Positions 39,247 to 50,972 of a stretch of 64,000 bases of DNA are shown piece after piece. Each line of letters starts with the position of its first letter. The stretch's first letter is position 1. Both the position numbers and the translations under genes were made by a program. Source of the DNA: Octopus sinensis. Lineage: Eukaryota. The notes under the pieces are model-generated. The model was not told the origin of the DNA. It saw nothing but the letters and a program-made list of their open reading frames with translations, and searched no databases. The stretch spans positions 33,170,001-33,234,000 of the forward strand of contig NC_043013.1 in assembly GCF_006345805.1 (NCBI RefSeq), in the 5' to 3' direction.

Positions 39247-40293
39247 ATATATATGTATATATTTATATTTATACGCATCTTTATTGGTAGATATAGATAC
39301 ACACACACACATATATATATATATATACATAATTATGTCTATTTATTTACATGTGTGTGCGTGAGTTTGACTGTGTGTGTTTATACTCGAATCCTATGCT
39401 TGTATGTATGCCTAATGAAGAGTTTTTTTCTTTACGTCATACACATTTTCTTAAAGACACCACTATTTCGAATTAAATAATTTTTATTAAATATTTATCA
39501 TATTTGCTGAATAATCATTTTAAAGCTTAGTTTCGGGCAATAACTCTCCTAAACCATTAAAATTTCAGAATCTTCTCTGTCAGAAATTTTAACGAATTAA
39601 ATTGATTTTTTACATAGGATGTTTGTACTGTCAACAATATTTTTGTTATTTTTATTTTTTATTATTTTTTTTGTTTGGCTTTTGTTTTCTGAAGCAGAAA
39701 CGAAAGAAAGGATCAACACTGGAAGCTTTATTAAAAGCAAAATACAAACCAAAAATCAGTTCGCAGATATAACACAAATGTAATGAACCATAAAAATCTA
39801 CTATGAATTAATCAATGAAAATTTTTGAATTCATTGTTAACGATTTTACAATTAGCAAAATTATGGCCAGGATTATTTCTGACTGAGTGCAAAGAGCATA
39901 GATATGCACGCACTGGTCAGGATTAATCTAGATAAGGTCAAGAAGTACTTGAGGCATTAATGGGATTAGCTACTGTTTGCCTTCTACTTGTTTTAGACAT
40001 CGGACTGCATCCATGCTAGGGGCACGGCCTTGAAGGTGAACTAATCGATCCAAGGATTCATTTTGGAAATCTCTCCCCCCATTTGCCGAATCGCTAAGTT
40101 ACGGAAACCTAAAAACCCCATCGACGGTTGTCAAGCGGTGACGGGGTACAAATACAATCACAAACACATAAGCACACACACACACATACACACACTTGTG
40201 TGTCTCTCTTTTCTCTCTCTCTCTTGTCTTTCTTTCTTTCTTTCTTTCTCTTTATATGTCTATAATATTATGTATATATAAATATATATACAT

Positions 40294-40338
<45 letters not shown>

Positions 40339-40420
40339 AAGTTGAAAAAAGATTAGAGATCTATACAAATCAAAGTTTTATATATAAAAGATAGAGGTGG
40401 AAACTAGTATAAAGAAAATA

Positions 40421-40454
40421 TAACCGGTTTCGATGATGAATCTCATCTTATCAA
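40421..40454 (-). ncRNA. Hammerhead motif with U3:A8 core
   Basis: UUGAUAA-GAUGA-GAUUCA-UCAUC-GAAA-CCGG-UU: perfect 5-bp helix II, ACCGGU palindromic helix III; helix I not formed. Confidence 0.5.
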
Positions 40455-41062
40455 TTATCAGTAAAAGTTTATAAAGATTTGAAGTAAAATCAATTTATCG
40501 TCTGTTTGGAGGTAAAAAAAATGTCAAAAACGTATACATAAATTTCAAGCTTCTTTCAGTTTCCATTTATCACCTCTATTTGCAAGACTTTTGTCGGTCT
40601 GACCGAAGATCATAAGGTTAAGAAGCAAACTTCTTAAAAAAAAGCTGACAAAATATTTCCGAAAATCCTTCCTTAAAACATCACGCACAAACTTTGCAGT
40701 GTATATTCATGTATGCGTGCTTTTTTCAATCTCATTTTTTTTCTTTTTTCAAATAGAATAAATTCCGACCAACCACTTGCATTGTAGTGACGGAAGCACC
40801 GTGTTTTGCACATAATCTTTTAGGATAATGACTAAGTTCTTGTAGAATTTTATTGCTCCAGATATCGCGATAATTTGCAGCGTTTGAACAACGAAGTGGT
40901 ATTCTCTCTTCAAGAAACCAAATTCAGACACACTTAGCTGCTGTCAGGTTGTTACGTATCCCGTTTCTCCCAAAATGATAAATATCAGAAGAAAGTGTAT
41001 CTTTGCTACTAGATAGACAAGATCAATAAATAATATATACAGTAGATCAACAGTCTACTGTT

Positions 41063-41432
41063 GGAGTGGCTGTGTGGTAAGTAGCTTGCTTACAAACCAC
41101 ATGGTTCCGGGTTCAGTCCCACTGCGTGGCACCTTCGGCAAGTGTCTTCTACTATAGCTTCGGGCCGACCAAAGCCTTGAAAGAAGCCCGTTGTATATAT
41201 GTATGTATGTGTATATGTTTGTCTGTCTGTGTTTGTCCTCCCAACATTGCTTGACAACCGATGGTTGTGTGTTTACGTGCCTGTAACTTAGCGGTTCGGC
41301 AAAAGAGACCGATAGAATAAGTACTAGGCTTACAAAGAATAAGTCCTGGGGTCGATTTGCTCGACTAAAGGCGGTGCTCCAGTATGGCCACAGTCAAATG
41401 ACTGAAACAAGTAAAAGAGAGTAAAAGAGAGT
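41063..41432 (+). mobile_element. SINE family 'A', near full length
   Basis: tRNA-like head ggagtggctgtgtggtaagtagcttgc...ccgggttcagtccc, internal (TG) tract, tail gtaaaagagagtaaaagaga; several other copies in the window. Confidence 0.9.
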
Positions 41433-42991
41433 CCATAAACGTTATCGTTCTCCTGTAATTTTCTGACCACAATGGTGTCCACAAGATGGACGATTTCACA
41501 AGAGGGCATATATCTAATTTGTTTCTCAACAGTAATATATGTCCGTTTATTCTTTATCTTGCTGGCTGTTTGAATCTTTAAAGTTCATCAATAATGTTTT
41601 TTAAAAGTCCCAATAATAAGTTAATTTGTCAGCTGGTATTTAAAGTTCCCTTCTGCTCCAGTCGGTTCTGGCCATCACATCATGCCTCATGAGAATATAA
41701 TACATGTAAGACATTCCCTCGGAGTCTGCAATAATATGGTTGAAGTTTTCAGTTTTAGTTATGCGCAAACTGCGCACATATAAGTATGTATATATATATA
41801 TAAACGTTCATATGTATAGTGTATTTATATGTATAGTGTATTTATATGTATTTATATGTATAGTTATAGATTAATAAAAAACAGTACCGTTTCATCGTAG
41901 GATCTACAAAATAACAAGGTCTTTATCAAGCAATTTCAAGAACTCTACTGTAGCAAAAATTCGAAGTCACTTACAACCTCTTTGCAAACACACCACACAC
42001 ACACACATATTAGCCATTATCATAAATTAGTACGTCATATGAGAAGTAAAGGAAAGCGAGTGAGGAATTGCAAATGATAATGAAACAAGGCGAATGTTTG
42101 TTTATGTAAGAGATGAACACACATAAAACTTCCGTTCAATCGTTGCAAAACTAAATTTTGAATAGAAATTATTTTATCACTGTGCTCTCCTGCAAATCTC
42201 TCCCACTCTCTCTTCTCTCTCTCATTCTCTTTCTTTTTATCTATATGTATATCTACATATGTGAGTATGCATACATACGCATGCAAATATACACACACAA
42301 TACACACACACACATACACACACACACCACACTCACACACACACACATACACACACATATATATATATATACGAGGATGATATATGTAGGTATATACATA
42401 TACAAACATATGATATATATATACATATATATATATACACAGAGAGAAACATATATATGTATATACTTATAGATCATATATCTTTATCACTATAAATGAA
42501 TATGTATATATAGATATGAATATATGCATACATGTATATATACATGCATATGTACATATATATGTATATACATATATATCTATATGCATATATATATATA
42601 TGTATATATATAGATGTATATATACACACATATATCCATGTGTGTGTGTATGGGCATAAGAATTCGTTCACATACTTGTATTTATACATACATATATATA
42701 TATATGTGTGTGTATATATATATATATACACATAGACACACGCGTTTATATGTATACAGACACACACATATATATGCATACATGTACGCATGTAGGTATA
42801 TATACATATGTATAAAGCCGTGTGTTCGTATGTGTATATGTATGCTATTGTGTTCACGTATTCTTTTCTTTGCCATTGTGTTTTGTTTTTCCTCTTCGAC
42901 ATTTTTCTTCATTTCCTTTCGCAATATTGTGAGTGCCGAGATGAACGTGGAATGTATAAATAAATATTTTTTTTGTTTCATGGCTGTTTTT

Positions 42992-43030
<39 letters not shown>

Positions 43031-43397
43031 TCTTGTGATTCGACAACAAAACCAAACAAATATTACCCACCCCCCACCCATGTACCTACCACTACAAACA
43101 CCCACACCACCGCCACCGCAAACACAACCGCTAACACACAAGCAAATCATACACATAATCTGTCACAAACGCACACATTCTCTATACACAGAAATACATA
43201 TATGTATATATCTAAACCCAACATCACTTTTTATTTATTCATTGTTGTAACAAATAAAGAAATTTAGCTTAAAATTCCAGAATCTCTCAGACGAAACGAG
43301 GAACTAAGCTTGGACAATCAAAGCGAATATTAATACAAAACAATCTGAATTTACGCTTCTATTAAAGAAAACGTAGACTTTCTAACGGATGGGGGCC

Positions 43398-43460
<63 letters not shown>

Positions 43461-43917
43461 CATTATTATTATCACAATCATCATCTTTATCATCGTCGTC
43501 GTCATCGGCATCATTGTTTGTGGTGTTATTGTTTTGTCTTTCTTTCGCTTTGTTGTTGCAATTGTTTTTGCTGTTGTTGTTGTTGTTGAGGTTGTTGTTG
43601 TTGTAGTTGTTGTTTTCCACTGAATTGCTTCGTCTTTCAAATAAACGAATGACCAGAAAAAATACGAATGCTTTTAGCTAATTAATGAAAGAATTTCTCT
43701 CGGTTTAACGTTTTATGTATATACGTCTGTGTGCATGCGGTATTTTTTTTGAGAAGTGTGTGCCAGTATATATAACTGCGGACTATTTTTGTTTGTGTGT
43801 GTGTGTGTGCATAAGCGAGCACATGCGAATAAGTATTACATGCATGCTTCAGTATATGTGTGTATACGCCTTTGTGTGTGTAGGTGCGAGAGATTAAATG
43901 ATTGTGGGAGCTTCAGA

Positions 43918-43978
<61 letters not shown>

Positions 43979-44471
43979 TGTGTGTGTATGTTTGTGTATA
44001 AAATGCATATAATCTCGTAAGATTCATAATGATTTCTCAACTGTTGTAACTACATGCATACATACAAACACGCGCCAACAAACACATATATATACGGGTA
44101 TATGCATACACGCGTGCACACGTTCAACCACTTCCATATATTTATGTATCTATGAATGTCTATGCACATTTACATACCAACATTGATATACATACAGAGA
44201 TACATACATACATATATAACAACATCTGCACACGTATATGCATTTATATGCAGCTGGATGTGTGTATGTGTGTGTGTGTGCGTCTGTGCACGTACATGCA
44301 CATATATGCATCCGTGCGCCTGTATTTGTATGTTTCAGCGTAAATCTGAAAAGCATTGCTCGGCGAAACTCCGATGTTAAATTTTGATACATTTTAAACT
44401 GATAAACTCTACATATATATATGTAAGTCTATGTATCTACACACGTACACACACACACACAACACACACAC

Positions 44472-44537
<66 letters not shown>

Positions 44538-45047
44538 TATATATACCTACATATATATTATATATAATATATATATATACATACATACACATATTTATAA
44601 TTGCATGTGTATATGCATAAGTATATACATATGTTTAAGTGTATATATACATATATATATATTATATATATATATATATATACATGCATATATGTATATA
44701 CGCATGTATATAAATGTGCGTATGTGTGCTTGTTTAGTGAACATGCTACATTCTGTTCATTACAATATATGAGTCTACGTAAAAATATATATGCCTTGAG
44801 TTGTTAGTGCAATGACGGATGAATCTATGTAAACAATGAAGACAAAGAAATTAGTAAAGAAGAATATGCTAAAACAATATATAGGTTGACGGGCAATGTA
44901 TGAAGGAAATATTTAAATAGAGAGACTGATTGAGCGAGATAGAAATAGTTTCATAATTTGACATTCAAACAAGAGATTGTGTACATATCTATATATGATC
45001 AAATTACGACGTCCACATAATTTAGTAGATATATATATACATACATA

Positions 45048-45108
<61 letters not shown>

Positions 45109-45112
45109 CAGG

Positions 45113-45447
45113 TGACCCCCTTCGGTCAGACACTGACCATGGGTTTGCACCTAGAGAGTTACCCTCTGAGGCACAAGTCTGGGCAAGGTTGTCTTTTTCT
45201 TTTATGGAAGGCCAGCAGTCGCCCATGCATACCGGCCTCCCCTCTCCACGTCACCGATGTTGTCCAAGGGAAAGGCAAGGGCCGATACAGATTGGCACCT
45301 GTGACGTCGCAACTCATTTCTACAGCTGAGTGAACTGGAGCAACGTGAAAAATAAAGTGTCTTGCTCAAGAACACAACACGCAGCACAGTCCGGGATTCG
45401 AGCTCACAACCTCACGATCGTAAGCTCGACGCTCTAACCACTGAGCC
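45113..45447 (-). mobile_element. tRNA-Arg-like SINE family 'C'
   Basis: Homologous to 26319-26635; head ggctcagtggttagagcgtcgagcttacgatc. Confidence 0.88.
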
Positions 45448-45693
45448 ACTGTATAACGCTAAAAGAATTTGAAAAGCAAAAGATTAGATAGAAATCAACA
45501 AAAAATGAAAAGTTTACGTTTCAAGCATTTGCTCTTTATCAGAAAGAATAGACGAAGAAAGAAAAATAAAGACAAAAAAACAAAAGTGGTTAAATTAGAC
45601 GGCCACCGCACACACGCACTGACACAGCCACACACTCAGACACACACAGACACACTCACGTATATATAATGCAATATAACATATGATATTAAA

Positions 45694-46101
45694 TCTATAT
45701 ATATAAAAGAGAAGTTGTGTGGTGTCTGTTTCCTACGATTTACATTCCTAACTACTCCCACATTTTGCGGTGCAGTTTAACCAAAAGCGGGTATCTTATA
45801 GTCGTGATTCATATCGAGCCCTCCTGGGTATTAGCTCGCGTCTACGATGAGACTACGATTTTAAATAAAATTTACTATCATTTTTTCCAATTTTAATGCT
45901 TTTTTTTTTGCTATTATATAAGGGAAGTAAATCTCGAAAAATGTCTACGATGAGTCTACGATTTAAAAACAAAATTACCATAATATTTTTTTTCATTTTT
46001 AATGCATTTTTTTTGCTATTATATAAGGGAAGTAACTCTCTAAAAATGCTTATATAGTTATTTCCCTTACAAACCCGAGCCTCACCGGGCGATACTGCTA
46101 G
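45694..46101 (+). mobile_element. Non-autonomous Helitron, second copy
   Basis: A|TCtatatatataaaag ... cccgagcctcaccggg ... CTAG|T; homologous to 12896-13293. Confidence 0.85.
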
Positions 46102-46194
46102 TATAATATATAAGTGTGTTTGCGTGTGTGTGTGTGTGCGCGCGTGCATTTATGCGGTAATCGTCTAATTTCTTAATGGCAATTCGTCTCCCAT

Positions 46195-46500
46195 AAAATG
46201 ATGGTTTTAAATTTCGCCGAGGTCGAGTTTGCCTTTCAGCCTTTCGAAATCGAAGAAATAATTACCTGTTATGCGTTGGGGACGATGTAATCGATTAGTC
46301 GCACACCACCCCAAATGTCAGGCCGTGTGATTATACTAGAAAGGATTGTCATTACTCGAATGAACATTGTGAACCGGAGAAATTGATTAAAGGCATTTTG
46401 CCGTTCTGAGCTCAAGTTCAACAGAGGTCGATTTTATCTCTCATCCATTCAGGGTCGATAAAGTAAGTACCAGTCAAGTACTAGATTCGACGTAATCGAC
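46195..46500 (+). mobile_element. Two SINE 'B' fragments
   Basis: gccgaggtcgagtttgcctttc; gaggtcgattttatctctcatccattcagggtcgataaagtaagtaccag. Confidence 0.6.
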
Positions 46501-46559
46501 TTCGAAATTCTCTTTTCAAAAAAGGTGCTGATCCTGCAACCAAATTTGAACCTGAAGAA

Positions 46560-47380
46560 GGGGGATGGTGACTTCCTGGAAAATTCCAATGTGGGGTGTT
46601 GAGGGGGAAGAATGGGAGGAATGGGAGGAAAGATTTCCGGGAAACTTCCTTTGTCCCCTCCTCTCAACTTTGAGGAGTTGAGGGGGAGGTGAAGTTTCCA
46701 GGGCGATCCCTGGGACATTTCCAGAAACTCCTTGGTGCCCTTCCCCACTCAACCCCCCACTCCTTGGAATTTTTCAGGCAGTCCCTCTCCTCAGATTTTC
46801 AAGGAAGTTCTTCTGCTCCTCGTCCACCCGTCTTAGAATTTTCATGGAAGTCGCCCTCCATGATCTTTTCCAAGAAGTCCTTCCTCCCCTCCCTCTCTAC
46901 GGACTTTCTTTGGAAGACCCCTTAATCAGACTTTTCCAGGAAGTCCTACCTCCACCCCTCGGACTATTCCAAGAAGACATACCTCCCGAACCTCGAAATT
47001 TTCCATGAAGTACCCTCCTCTGACTTTCCAGGAAGTCCGCCTCCTCGGTTATTTCTAGGAAATAATACCTCCCATCCTCGGACTTTCCCGGGAGTACCCG
47101 TCCTCAGACCTTTTCCAAGAAGTTCTACTCCCCTTCTCGGACTTTCCCAGGAATTACCCATCGTATAATTCTCTATGCGGAATTTTCCCCACCACTCCTC
47201 GATCTTTTCCAGGACGTACTCCTCCTGGGACATTTCGCGGAAATACTCATCCTCGGACTTTTCCAGAAAATGCTACCTCGCCTCTACGGGCTTTTCCAGG
47301 ATATCCTACCCGATCGGACAGGAAGTACCCCGTCCTCGGAGTTTCCCAGGAAGTACTCGTCCTCGGACTTTTCCACTCGC
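46560..47380. repeat. GC-rich degenerate tandem array, unit ~25-30 bp (CCTCGGACTTTTCCAGGAAGTAC)
   Basis: Recurrent ttccaggaag-type units; first units inverted. Confidence 0.8.
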
Positions 47381-47511
47381 AAAACTTTGGGCGGACCGAG
47401 GATATAGAAGAAGACACCTGTCAAAGGTGTATATATATATATATCAAGGTGTGGCAAGAAATCTGCTTCCCAACCACAGGGTTCTGAGTGGTGCCTTAGG
47501 CAGGTATCTTA

Positions 47512-47551
<40 letters not shown>

Positions 47552-48356
47552 TTTTATCTCAATATTTATTCTTCAATATGTTTGTTGTAGGTGGTGCTGG
47601 TGGTATTTTTCATTTATTCTTATATATAAGAAATAAGAAATAGAAAACAAGAAGGGTGGTGAAAGAGAGAGAGAGAGAGCTAGAGAAAGAGAGAGAGAAA
47701 TGAATTCTCGGGATAGGGTGGGACTAAATGCGGGATGTATTTCTCTCTTTCTCTCTCTGTCCACCCTCCTTCACTCACAAACACGCATATCCACGCACGC
47801 ACGTATCTATGCACACATTCACTTGTGTATGTATATATACACGCTACACAAATTAGTCTTGACTAATTAGCTTCACTAATATCTACATTTTCCCACAATC
47901 TCACGTGCACGCTTTCCCACAACACCTCTAACGAGCCCACACATATAGCAACACTCCACAGGTCTATAAACAACGGCGCTACGCATCGAAATAGCTCCAT
48001 AAATATACACACAGCGAACCAACCCCCACATGGGTAGAGCTTCTACAAGCCTTGACATACCAGCTCCTATTTCCCTACTTAACTTTGTCCGCATAGGAAA
48101 AAACTTCTTCCCTAATATGTAAGCCTCACCTCAATTTGTTTCTCACTCACTATTTCGTTTTCTATCTCATATTACGCATTCTTTCTTCCTTTTTTTAAGA
48201 CGGACTAATATCCGAAGCGTTAAAGCGTTAATATTCTTCCTCTTTCAATGAAAGCGTAAAAGTAAATAAACTTAGTTGTTAAATCTTGTTCCTCAGAAGT
48301 TACACATTCTCTTGTATCTTCTATTTACACTGTTTGTTTGTGTATTTGCTTACGTG

Positions 48357-48390
<34 letters not shown>

Positions 48391-48394
48391 ATAC

Positions 48395-48425
<31 letters not shown>

Positions 48426-48499
48426 AGTATGTGTGTGCGTTATGTATATATATATATGTATATCTATCAAATTTTCATTTAAGTATGTGTAATATATAT

Positions 48500-48544
<45 letters not shown>

Positions 48545-49499
48545 ATGTTATGTATGTATATATATATATATATATATTATATGTATATATATATACTCAT
48601 TCACACATACGCACATACGTAATTAAAGCACCCATATATTCATAGAAACACACATATATGTATGTGTATATGAGAGGGTGAGAGGGAAAAGAAAAAGAGA
48701 CTAGGAGAGCTAAATTATATACACATATACAAACATAACTGCACATATATGTGTACGTCCCAGTGTGTATACGTGTCTGTATGTGTGAATGTAATTAATC
48801 ATACAATAGAAATACAACAAAGAATCAAATATGTAAATAAACGCAATGAAACCGAAAAAGTTTAAAACAAAAGTTCAATTAGAGTTAATTAATCAATATA
48901 TGATTAAAACGATGGCTTTAAGCAGTGACTGAGTATATCATTGCTTGTTGAATCGTAAAGATTAAAACGTTAAAGGGCCGCGTCGTTATTAGGGTGATTG
49001 GTATGACAACAGAATCACGACTATATCTTTATGTGCTTTTAAGATTTGACAGCAAATGACTGTTCATGAAAATATATAGGTGATAATGAGAGATCCACTG
49101 AAGAGTCATCTACCTTGCACTGTTCTCGAGAAGACGCTAACAAATCCCGCTCTGATGTTAGCAGAAGTCAGATCACATTATGGAATGTACTCTCAGATAA
49201 CCAACAGCAAAAAAAAAAAAATCAAATCAAAATAAAATAAAACAACAAAAATGGGAATGATATAGCTTGGAAAGTTGGGATCACATGTCAGTTTGCCCTC
49301 GCGGATATGCTATTAAAGAATACGTATGTATGTTGTATGTATGTATGTATGTATGTATGTATGTATGTATGTATGTATGTATGCATGTATGTATGTATGT
49401 ATGTATATGCGTATGTATGTATGTATGTATGTATGTATGTATGTATGTATGTACGCATCTATCTGTATGTCAATTTATCTATCTATTTTGACATTTATT

Positions 49500-49845
49500 T
49501 TTCTCCGTGTCTGCCGAGAATGGGTGGAAGAGGTACCGTGGTGCTTTTTCGAAAGAGTCTGGACCTCAAATCAAAAGCAATTTTCCTAGACCCGGAGGGT
49601 AAGCAGGTCGATGTCAGCAATGATGTCGATGGCAGCAATGAGTGTACTTTTCGACTGATAACAGTTTATGCACCGTCCTTAACAGGCCGGCCATATTTCT
49701 TTCGACGCCTAGAGGTTTCCCTGGAAACGTCTCGACCTTTACTTTTAGTGGGAGATTGGAATGCTACCCTAGTCATGCATCTAGACTACGTGGGAAGAGA
49801 TAGTAATAGGCAGGGATGCAAATGCCTCAAAGACCTCATTAAAAG
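49500..49845 (+). pseudogene. APE endonuclease fragment of a Tx1/L1-clade LINE
   Basis: GRGTVVLFRK, FRLITVYAP, LLLVGDWNATL motifs in ORF 49307-49855 (its N-terminus is microsatellite). Confidence 0.8.
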
Positions 49846-50384
49846 ACCTCATTAAAAGCTACAAACAGCTTAATTCACTTAAAAAGATTCTCACAAAGGC
49901 AAAATTGTCTTCTGAAATTACGGATGCAAAAGTAAAAAAATGTGGTAGATCGAACTGTGCAACATGTCCAAGCCTGCTAGAAGGATCAGAATTCCTCTTT
50001 AAAGAGGGACAGAAATTCAAGATCAAATCTAACTTTACTTGTGCCTCTGAAAACATAATTTATGTCATAAAATGCTCGGGCTGCCACCAAGACTACGTGG
50101 GTTCCACGGGACTATCACTCAGACGTAGATGCACACTGCATCGACAACAGATTGCATTCCCAGAATACAGAATGATACCTTTTAGTGAGCACATTGAGAA
50201 ATGCGCAAAGCAACTACTACCACAATTTTTAATCTTTCCATTTTACCAATGTGCTATCGGATCATCTACACAAATTAGACTAAACAAGGAAACATTTTTC
50301 ATTGAAAAGTACAAGCCCAGACTCAACCATCCGAACATACTGATTCAGAGAAATTCAGACCAAGGGAAAGGAAAAATTTTTTAA
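49842..50384 (+). pseudogene. 5'-truncated Penelope-like (Neptune-like) element: linker, Cys motif and GIY-YIG endonuclease
   Basis: KCGRSNCATC, FTCASENIIYVIKCSGC..YVGST..R..H, E..FI..Y.P.LN; the frame stays open upstream of 49905 (KDLIKSYKQLNSLKKILTKAKL). Confidence 0.88.
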
Positions 50385-50493
50385 GCGATTATCTCCCTTA
50401 GACCGGAAGAAATCACTCACTACCTCCCCTTATTTAGAACTCTCCTGAACATAAACATAACGATAACCCTATTCAACATAAACATAACGTCGC

Positions 50494-50532
50494 AAGAAAT
50501 TTGAAAAGCTAAACGCGAAACCGGTCTTTCTT
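50494..50532 (+). ncRNA. Minimal hammerhead ribozyme motif with U3:A8 core in the Penelope 3' pLTR
   Basis: AAGAAA-U-UUGAAAA-GC-UAAAC-GC-GAAA-CCGG-UC/UUUCUU, ~110 nt downstream of the GIY-YIG stop on the same strand. Confidence 0.65.
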
Positions 50533-50660
50533 CTTAATTATGTCATTATAAGACAAAAAAATTTTTTTTTTTTAATTTTTTAATATTCTTCAGACATTTT
50601 GACGCAAATATATATATTTTTTAACATTCAAGCCTTCCGTAGTTTTTTCACTTTTTACTA

Positions 50661-50731
<71 letters not shown>

Positions 50732-50742
50732 TATATATATAT

Positions 50743-50824
50743 AAATTAATTGTTATCGCCATATTAATATGGCATTTTTATATCTATAAGAATGCCATAT
50801 TAATATGGCGATAACAATTAATTT
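50743..50824. repeat. Nested palindrome between (TA)n tracts
   Basis: Arms aaattaattgttatcgccatattaatatggcatt / aatgccatattaatatggcgataacaattaattt; each arm contains the palindrome gccatattaatatggc. Confidence 0.85.
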
Positions 50825-50932
50825 CCAATAAACCCTGCCGTAATCTCTTTTATAGAGACTTAGTAATTTTATTATTCTATTATATATATATATATATATA
50901 TAAAAATTATAGTAAAATTATTGTCTCGAATA

Positions 50933-50965
<33 letters not shown>

Positions 50966-50972
<7 letters not shown>

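Noticed and set aside
41885-41940. Additional UUGAUAA...GAAACGGUA motif on the minus strand
   Set aside because: No convincing helix I or II.
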